The notes under the pieces: generated by a model
What the model was told of the DNA's origin: nothing
Databases searched by the model: none
The model's input: only the letters and a program-made list of their open reading frames with translations
Part shown: positions 27,482 through 34,330 of the stretch, in pieces
How positions within the stretch are numbered: position 1 is the first letter of the stretch
Layout: every line of letters begins with the position of its first letter
Made by a program: the position numbers and the translations under genes
Sequence record: DRR723986_26224
Direction: 5' to 3' (one strand)
DNA length: 34,330 bases

Positions 27482-29551
27482 ATGTCTAAACATCTCGACT
27501 TCTTCTGTCGCCCAGCCTCCCATCGCAGCATCCGCAGAGCGGGTTTCACTTTGGTAGAGGTACTGGTAGCAACGGCGGTCACATTATTGATGATGGTCGC
27601 TCTTGCGAGAATTTTCTCGGACATCGGCAAGAGCATGAAGCAGGGTCGAGCCGCACTGCAACTCAATTCACAGCTACGTGACGTTGCCTTTCGGATCCGT
27701 CGAGATCTTAACAACCTGACAGCCAACCCCAACGAACTACCCGGCACATCGACTGGCCGAGGATACCTTGAGTACTACGACGGCCCCCAAACCGACTACT
27801 CGACGCAATTGCTTGCACCTCAGTACTTCCCACCTGGCGACAGCCCGACCAATCCACCGCCACCAGTCGCCGTTGCGAACCGTATTGGCGACGTAGACGA
27901 CATTCTGATGTTTACTGCGCGAGCTGGAGATGTGTGGTTCACAGGCAAAGTACCAGGCTTCGTGCTAACTGGCACCGCGCCCAGTACGGATGACATGGAT
28001 GGAAACGGTTTGGTCGATGCTTTAGAGAACCCTGTTTCAGTAGCTTCGCAACATGCGGAGATTGCAATCTGGTGTGAACCGGTAGTTGCGGCTTCGGGTA
28101 CCGCTCCTGGCTTCTCAGACTCTAGCGGAAATGCATTCAACAACGTTCAACGTGACGCAGCGTACTTGCTTGCAAACCAAGCGTTTTTTGAGGATGGAGT
28201 TCAGTACGACCTAGGCCCAACGCCTGATGGTGTACTAGATCCCGATCGAGTGCCGGACTCTTACCGCCTGCATTATAGAACCTTCATCATCCGACCAGAC
28301 TTGAATTTGGCCTCTGGAAACTTGCCATTCAATGGAGCAATCTTCACCGCCGGACCTAATGCGGTGACGCTGCCATTACCGAGTGGTGATACGTTTCCAC
28401 TCCCTTCCCCAGCGGGTGACATGTTCCGGATACACGGCGTATGCGACCTGTCTGTTCGCCGAATCTTTGATGGTTCAACCACAACACGAGATACGGTGGC
28501 GGCCAACAGCCTGGAGGATCTTGAGAATCCCGCGAATCGATTTGCACACGTTCAACTCCCGCTACCCGGTACAAATTCTACAACTGGTCCGCTGCTGGCA
28601 CTTGGCCCGTCGATTCCGATGCTTTCCCCCACATTTGCACCATTGCCACTAACCTTTGACTTCTCGGCGCCCAACGCCCCCGTAGTCGGAACAGGCATAG
28701 TCGGTTCTGGCTTCCTACATCCAGCTTTCACACTGTCTGGCACCCGCACGGGAGAAGATGTTCTAGCGAACAACATCCTAGCTTTTGATATCAAGGGGTT
28801 CGATCCTGCAGTACCGCTGCGTGCTTCATCTGGCATCGACGGAGCACCAGGGGCTGCCGATTTCGACGACGATGGCGACGGAATGATGGACAACGTTTCC
28901 GAATTTGGTTGGGCCGGGTCTGACGACATGGTTCTCTCGCCAAACGACCCTGGCTACGGTAACGCATTAGCCAACACGATCGTTGGTTTCGGCGACTATG
29001 TGGACCTGGACTGGGGCAGAAAACTCATCCGTCACGGTGCGGCAATCACAACAGCCTCGAACGTCTGGAGTCCACTCAGCGGCTTAACTCAGCCAGGGAC
29101 TACCTTCGGCGTTTCCCCATCACTGAGAAGTTCTTCAAAGGTCATCAACACATCGGCCGGGGCAATCCTGGTCGATCAACCGACCTACGACACATGGACA
29201 CCGCTTTTCGAAACAGACGGAATCGTCCAGAGTAATCTGACCGGCGGCACCGGGCTGATGTTTGCCGCAGGAACGTCTATCCGAGTAAACGGCGCGCAAG
29301 TTCTGTATAACGCCAGTCTTGGTAGCGACATGAGCAGAGTGGAACCAATGTGGCGGAGTGGTTACCCAGACGCGTTTGGAGATGGCCTGGACAATAATGG
29401 AGTCCTAGGTGCCGATGACATCAGCGAACGAGAGACTTCAGCCCCGTACCCAACCCCATTGCGAGGGCTAAAGATCTCCATCCGAATGGAAGATCCCGGT
29501 TCACGGCAAGTGCGAGAGCTGCCCGTTGCAGTCGAGTTCGTGACCCGATAA
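27482..29551 (+). CDS. Large prepilin-peptidase-processed pseudopilin/minor pilin (PulJ/PilW-like)
   Basis: Type IV leader RRAG|FTLVEVLVATAVTLLMMVAL with E+5; IRRDL; acidic DxDxDG-type loops. Start MSKH at 27482. Confidence 0.85.
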   Translation: MSKHLDFFCRPASHRSIRRAGFTLVEVLVATAVTLLMMVALARIFSDIGKSMKQGRAALQLNSQLRDVAFRIRRDLNNLTANPNELPGTSTGRGYLEYYDGPQTDYSTQLLAPQYFPPGDSPTNPPPPVAVANRIGDVDDILMFTARAGDVWFTGKVPGFVLTGTAPSTDDMDGNGLVDALENPVSVASQHAEIAIWCEPVVAASGTAPGFSDSSGNAFNNVQRDAAYLLANQAFFEDGVQYDLGPTPDGVLDPDRVPDSYRLHYRTFIIRPDLNLASGNLPFNGAIFTAGPNAVTLPLPSGDTFPLPSPAGDMFRIHGVCDLSVRRIFDGSTTTRDTVAANSLEDLENPANRFAHVQLPLPGTNSTTGPLLALGPSIPMLSPTFAPLPLTFDFSAPNAPVVGTGIVGSGFLHPAFTLSGTRTGEDVLANNILAFDIKGFDPAVPLRASSGIDGAPGAADFDDDGDGMMDNVSEFGWAGSDDMVLSPNDPGYGNALANTIVGFGDYVDLDWGRKLIRHGAAITTASNVWSPLSGLTQPGTTFGVSPSLRSSSKVINTSAGAILVDQPTYDTWTPLFETDGIVQSNLTGGTGLMFAAGTSIRVNGAQVLYNASLGSDMSRVEPMWRSGYPDAFGDGLDNNGVLGADDISERETSAPYPTPLRGLKISIRMEDPGSRQVRELPVAVEFVTR

Positions 29552-29606
29552 CAGTCCACTCGCATAACAATCTACAACATCGTCAGATCAAGGGCTTGGC
29601 GTAATA

Positions 29607-29963
29607 ATGCACCGCATTCGACTTCGCCATCCGTGGAATTCTGAGATTGTGGAGCAGAATGCTGAGCCGGTAGCTGTGTACCGCCGAAAATTCAATCGCC
29701 CCACTGGGATCGAAAACGCGAAGGTTTCGCTTCGCGTCCAACGAATATCCAGCGAACCAACGGTTCTTTCGGTCCGACTTAATGGCTCTGAGTTAGCGGG
29801 GCAGGAAGATGGAATCTTTCCTGTAGACGCTCTTGAACCGTTTAACGAAGTAACAGTAACGGTTCCCGCTGGGGCTTGGAATAGTTCTTCAACAAGTGGT
29901 CTAGATCAAGCGCCGCGTCTAGACACTTTGGTGGACGTGTCCCTACTGATAGTTGACGATTAG
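29607..29963 (+). CDS. Small hypothetical protein, possible galactose-binding-like jelly-roll
   Basis: 118 aa; IRLRHPW, YRRKFNRPTG, VRLNG..L, NEVTVTV resemble the GH2 N-terminal sugar-binding domain pattern. Confidence 0.6.
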   Translation: MHRIRLRHPWNSEIVEQNAEPVAVYRRKFNRPTGIENAKVSLRVQRISSEPTVLSVRLNGSELAGQEDGIFPVDALEPFNEVTVTVPAGAWNSSSTSGLDQAPRLDTLVDVSLLIVDD

Positions 29964-30201
29964 CCCTGCGTCTCGCAAACCAGACTTCCGATTTTTCGTG
30001 GAGAAGACTACGAAATTGCCTGCTTCGAATCGACTTCTGCCCCGGATTCGCGGCTCACACTACGCTGCCCAATCGTCGTCACACGGCACAACGTGAAATT
30101 CTGACTTGCCCTGCGACCGGCCGATAGACTCTTCAGTACCACTCGAAGAGCTGATATCATCGGGTTCGTCGACTACGAACTCCAATTCAAATCGAATCAC
30201 T

Positions 30202-31539
30202 ATGCGACTATCTCTCGTCTTGCTCGTGGCTTCCACGTTTGCCGGCTGCTCGTCGAACAGCAACACGCCGGAGCCGCCCGCGTCAGAATCTGGTACTTCA
30301 GAATCAACATCAGTGGCTGGCTCAAGCGCTTCTGCAGACACCGAAAGTTCCACCAAGGACTTTTCACCGCCACTCGTCGAACTGGATGCTGCGGCGCTGA
30401 TGGAGGCACAGCTTACGCCAGAGATGCTTGACCAAGGCTGGGTTCGGCTCTTCGATAACCAATCGCTCTTCGGATGGCAAATGGTAGGTGCAGCGGATTG
30501 GAAAGTCGAAGATGGCACAATTAGCGTTTCCGATGGTGAACGCAGCTATCTGTGCACGACCTTCAAAATTGCCGACTTTGAACTCCGAATCGATTTTCGT
30601 GCCGACGAAGCGACCAACAGCGGCATCTTCATGCGAACCGGGCTTCAGCCCGAGGATGTGCAGACTCAGTGCTTGGAGCTCAATATTGCCCCGCCCGACA
30701 ATCCCTTTCCAACGGGCAGCTTTGTAAAACGCCAGAAATTGGAGCCAAGTGAATTGGGCGATTTCGATCCAACACAGTGGCACACCTATCGCATTCGCGT
30801 CCAAGGAAACCAAATCACTGTAAAGCTCGACGACAAGGAGATTATGAACTTTGCCGACAGCCTGATTGCAGATACTGGACACATTAGCCTGCAACACAAC
30901 AGTGGAAATGTTGCGTTTCGAAACATACTACTGCGTCCAATCCACTCGAAGAATCTATCGCTCGGCGATGACTGGCAGTCTGACTGGGAAAAGTCGACCA
31001 AAGATGAGCAAGAACTCAGCATTGAACCGACAGACAACGGTTTGCGCCTAATCGGAGGTCTCGGGCAACTCCAGTCAAAAGCGGACTACGGCGATTTCTG
31101 GCTGCACGCCCGATACACGCTCGCAACTCCTGACGTCAATTCGGGCATTTTCTTTCGCTGCATACGTGACAACATGCTCGACGGATACGAATGCCAGGTC
31201 AATCATGCGATACAGTCCGGTGATCCGCTGCTGCCTGGCGACGGCGGAGCAGGAGCGATTTTCCGGCGGCAAAACGCGAGAATCGTAATCGGTGACGGAA
31301 GTAAGCCGACGCACATTAGCTTGCTGGCAAGCGGCAGCCAAATATCAACTTGGGTCAACGGTGTGCAGACGGTCGATTTCCAAGACACTCGGCCTGCAGA
31401 TGAAAACCCTCGACGCGGCCTAAGGCTTGCACCGGGGCCAATCTCTTTGCAAGGCCATGACCCTGGTACGGACGCGACGTTCGAAACACTCACCGTCAGC
31501 CAGCTTAGCAGTCAAGATAGTGAAGAATCAAGCAACTAG
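30202..31539 (+). CDS. Lipoprotein with two DUF1080 (3-keto-disaccharide hydrolase-like) domains
   Basis: Lipobox FAG|C; Ser/Thr linker; domain 1 GWVRLFD..SLFGW, NSGIF, GHISLQH, FRNI; domain 2 NSGIFFR, GYECQ, GPISLQGHD. Confidence 0.88.
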   Translation: MRLSLVLLVASTFAGCSSNSNTPEPPASESGTSESTSVAGSSASADTESSTKDFSPPLVELDAAALMEAQLTPEMLDQGWVRLFDNQSLFGWQMVGAADWKVEDGTISVSDGERSYLCTTFKIADFELRIDFRADEATNSGIFMRTGLQPEDVQTQCLELNIAPPDNPFPTGSFVKRQKLEPSELGDFDPTQWHTYRIRVQGNQITVKLDDKEIMNFADSLIADTGHISLQHNSGNVAFRNILLRPIHSKNLSLGDDWQSDWEKSTKDEQELSIEPTDNGLRLIGGLGQLQSKADYGDFWLHARYTLATPDVNSGIFFRCIRDNMLDGYECQVNHAIQSGDPLLPGDGGAGAIFRRQNARIVIGDGSKPTHISLLASGSQISTWVNGVQTVDFQDTRPADENPRRGLRLAPGPISLQGHDPGTDATFETLTVSQLSSQDSEESSN

Positions 31540-31638
31540 GGTAGCTCGGCTATAGACCGGATGCGTCCGTTCTAGATGTGTTGGCAAGGCATATTGATTC
31601 GAATTCAGCGAGTTCTTGCAGAGCCGACTCCGACCAAA

Positions 31639-32154
31639 CTAGCGGCGGAGTTGCGAATCAACAAACTTCTCCAGCAGCGTGCGTCGATCCGAATAGACGA
31701 TCACATGGTCCCCAGGAAGCAAGGCGTAGTTCTGGCCAAGATTGATCGCTTTGCCTTTGTCATCGGTGCGAGCGTCTAGCCGGAGAGGTGGGCGCTGCCC
31801 ATTCGGACGCATGATCGCGAGCGAAACGGGCCCAATCTGCTCGTGTAGCTTGGATTGCTGCACTAGATCCTCAACAAACATCGCCCGATCCGTTGGCACA
31901 GGAATACTTTCCAAGTGACGCGCATCGCCCCGAATCTCAAGCACGATCCGCGGTTTCCCGTCGGCGTGTGGCGTGACTGGCATTGGCATGCCGCCCGGAG
32001 GGATCGAATACCCTTGTGCTTCGAGCAGAGAAGTATCGACAGAAGGCCGCTTTGACTTTCCCAAAATCGTGCTAAGCGTGATGCAGCCGGATTGGCTGAC
32101 GCACAGGCTCACGATCAAAAGGAGCTTTCCGGTTGCAGTCATTCGATGCGTCAT
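31639..32154 (-). CDS. Lipoprotein with SLBB/beta-grasp-like C-terminal domain
   Basis: LLLIVSLCVSQSG|C lipobox-like; VEDLVQQS...IMRP...NYALLPGDHVIV resembles the SLBB/Wza 'L.pGD.i.V' strand. Start uncertain (32154 or 32142). Confidence 0.6.
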   Translation of the reverse strand: MTHRMTATGKLLLIVSLCVSQSGCITLSTILGKSKRPSVDTSLLEAQGYSIPPGGMPMPVTPHADGKPRIVLEIRGDARHLESIPVPTDRAMFVEDLVQQSKLHEQIGPVSLAIMRPNGQRPPLRLDARTDDKGKAINLGQNYALLPGDHVIVYSDRRTLLEKFVDSQLRR

Positions 32155-32396
32155 TCTTCTTATTGCCGGCCAAACACTCGATCGATTTTGGAAACCCTGC
32201 GCCGCCTCGTGCAAGCGAACGCCCTGTCTTCTCGTTATCGACCACGTGGCTTGAGACGTTTAGCAGAAACCGAAAAAAACCTCCCAAACTGCGCAATCGC
32301 ACCTGACCGTGATTTAATCAAGCGGCGTATGAAGCACGCCAACGTCTGTACTACGGCGAGAACGTGTCGCTGGCGGCTAGCATTGCCCGCCTGCAA

Positions 32397-34028
32397 CTAC
32401 CGACCAGTCATCCGCCACCGCATTTGAATCAGCAGCGACACGGCGGCGAACATGATCCCAATTGCGGCCAAGCTAAATCCGAAATAGGCGAATACCAATG
32501 ACCAGCTTCCGGTAGCTTCATCGAGCTTCGTCACTGCTCCATCGAGAGGCACTTGAAATGAAGTCATTAGCGGACTGCCAATCCCCATGCCGCGGATGTT
32601 CTGCTGGTACTGCTCCAGCCCTTCAACATTGGAGCTGATGTACCAAGCAGCCACGGGAATGAAGTACAAAACAATCAGCCCCGCATAGCTTGCGAGCATT
32701 GCCACCGAGGATTTCTTGCACAGTGCAGAGCAGAGTAGCGCGCCGACGGAATTGAAGACGGCTGCTACGAACACGATTAGAAAGAACGTCAACACAGCAG
32801 GCAGATTCGTTGCAAAGGCGCCCCAGTTCAATCCGACTGCCAGGATTACGGGCCACATCAAGAACATGGTCAGTACATAAGACACGCGAAAGCCAGACAA
32901 CAACTTGCCGGAGAGAATCTGCCATGGCTGTAGGATCGTTGTGAGCAACAACTCGAGCGTTTGCCGTTCGCGTTCGCTTGTCAGAGCACCAGCAGAAAAC
33001 ACCGGCGCGACAAGAATATTAAAAACCAGGACATAGCAGATATACCAAGCACAATGCTGCTCTCGGATAAACAGACAAAATGCCATCAGTGGAATCGCTA
33101 GCAACATACTGATCTGAATGACCAGCCGCAGCATTAGAGTTCCTTGGCTGAACAACTCTGCGTGTATCTCTTTGTCATAAACCGGATTGGCATTGTCCTT
33201 CATCAACGCAGTACGACGCGGCGGCGCAAACAACCGGTCAGGAAACTGATCACGTTGGATGATCATCCCAACAGCCGTCTTTGCCTCTTCTTCCAAGTCG
33301 ACCACGTCCTTCCCTTCGCTGCCGACATCTGGCGGGTAGAGCAACCGTCGAGCAGTCCAAGCGCACAGCGCGAAACTAACGATCAAATACACCGGCGGCA
33401 ACACGAACACAGCAATATTTAATCGCAGTGTCCCGCTACTTTCGAGATAACGCCAGAAAATCGCGCCTAACATGACTAGAGGTAGAATGACCAAGTAAGA
33501 CACGACGAGTGCTGATGATGTCCGCTGGAATCCACAGCTACATGCAAGCCCGATCGATCCAAAAAGAACGATCGAAATCATCAACCATAAATAGGCGCCC
33601 AGCACCTCAAAGATACTAACTCCACCTAGGGGCAGCGCAAGAGTGATGATGGGCAGAGAGGCCACAATCAGCACGCCTAAATGCGTCAGCGAAGCAACCA
33701 TCTTCCCCAGCACGATTGCCGCCGGTCGCAATGGACTTGCAAGCAGCATTTCGTAGGTCTTGCGTTCCTTCTCGCCACTGATCGCACCAGCAGCAAACGT
33801 GGGAGCCATCAATGATGCCAACACGTACTGCCCGAGAAAAAAGAAGTCGACCAATTGCCTGGCCGCTGAAGAATCCGTCGACAAATCCACACGCTGGCTG
33901 GAAGGATATGCAGCGATAAGGACCAAGCCCAACACGAGTTGATAGACCAGCATCAAGACGAAAGATCGGTTAGCACGAAGATTAGTAAGCAACTCGCGCT
34001 GCAGGACTGGATTCTCAGCGAATAGCAT
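32397..34028 (-). CDS. ABC-2 type transporter permease with two fused membrane domains
   Basis: Internal duplication: ENPVLQREL / ANPVYDKEI; GAISGEKERKTYEMLLASPL..IVLGK / GALTSERERQTLELLLTTIL..ILSGK; about 12 TM helices. Confidence 0.85.
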   Translation of the reverse strand: MLFAENPVLQRELLTNLRANRSFVLMLVYQLVLGLVLIAAYPSSQRVDLSTDSSAARQLVDFFFLGQYVLASLMAPTFAAGAISGEKERKTYEMLLASPLRPAAIVLGKMVASLTHLGVLIVASLPIITLALPLGGVSIFEVLGAYLWLMISIVLFGSIGLACSCGFQRTSSALVVSYLVILPLVMLGAIFWRYLESSGTLRLNIAVFVLPPVYLIVSFALCAWTARRLLYPPDVGSEGKDVVDLEEEAKTAVGMIIQRDQFPDRLFAPPRRTALMKDNANPVYDKEIHAELFSQGTLMLRLVIQISMLLAIPLMAFCLFIREQHCAWYICYVLVFNILVAPVFSAGALTSERERQTLELLLTTILQPWQILSGKLLSGFRVSYVLTMFLMWPVILAVGLNWGAFATNLPAVLTFFLIVFVAAVFNSVGALLCSALCKKSSVAMLASYAGLIVLYFIPVAAWYISSNVEGLEQYQQNIRGMGIGSPLMTSFQVPLDGAVTKLDEATGSWSLVFAYFGFSLAAIGIMFAAVSLLIQMRWRMTGR

Positions 34029-34227
34029 CGAACTCTTTGTAGCTCGGAGGAAGAAGTATGCATCGTACCAAATCGACGAGTCGGTTCGGCGCGTAACGTT
34101 CGCCCGGACGGTGTTGGGCACGATATCAGCAGTCTACACTACTCAACAGCAAGCTGCTCTAACCATGCGCCCGTGCTTAAAGAATGAGTGCTTGCTCAAT
34201 AGGTTGCACCCACGATGAGTCTCACAC

Positions 34228-34257
34228 TCGCTAGGCAGAACGCCGATCGCTAGGCAG
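34228..34257. repeat. 11-bp direct repeat (19-bp period) duplicating a stop-codon region
   Basis: TCGCTAGGCAG at 34228-34238 and 34247-34257; the second copy contains the TAG of the partial CDS. Confidence 0.8.
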
Positions 34258-34330
34258 GTCGATCGCGGAGTTGCTGTTGCAGCTCCACGAGTTGCTTTTG
34301 CAAAGCATCGAGCTTCACATCTTTGAGGTC
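34250..34330 (-). CDS. 3' end of a CDS entering from the right edge (product unknown)
   Basis: Open frame DLKDVKLDALQKQLVELQQQLRDRPA* ending at TAG 34250-34252, with a heptad-like Leu pattern. Confidence 0.6.
   Translation of the reverse strand, partial: DLKDVKLDALQKQLVELQQQLRDRPA

Noticed and set aside
29990..30180. Several 5-6 bp hairpins upstream of the DUF1080 gene
   Set aside because: They are short and unnested, with no T-tract or recognisable motif, consistent with background.
34268..34302. GAGTTGCTGTTGCA / GAGTTGCTTTTGCA direct repeat
   Set aside because: Explained by the coding heptad LQKQL/LQQQL in the partial CDS.

Overview
A gene-dense, moderately GC-rich bacterial chromosome segment. 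The DUF1549/DUF1553 + DUF1501 pair, membrane Ser/Thr kinase with TPRs, tandem DUF1080 lipoprotein and large DxDxDG-containing pseudopilin point to a planctomycete (Pirellulaceae-like). It holds 23 complete CDSs and the 3' end of one more. These include a five-gene ECF sigma/anti-sigma/secreted helical protein/DUF1549-DUF1553/DUF1501 operon and several metabolic genes (ROK kinase, esterase, ppk1, SDR, pyk, nagA-like, xylA, thiC). There are also two glycosyltransferases, two orphan pilin-like genes, lipoproteins and an ABC-2 permease. I saw no rRNA, tRNA, CRISPR array, transposase or phage gene. The best leads are the ECF operon with a hairpin over the sigma factor's RBS, a NagA-like enzyme with Tyr in place of the metal-binding Glu, and a ROK kinase missing all three zinc Cys near ppk1. 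Also notable are a densely base-paired ~335-nt intergenic region, an orphan pilin-like secreted protein, an AxxN heptad stalk in the kinase and recurrent 14-19 bp intergenic tandem duplications. All family assignments come from motif recognition by eye, not database searches.
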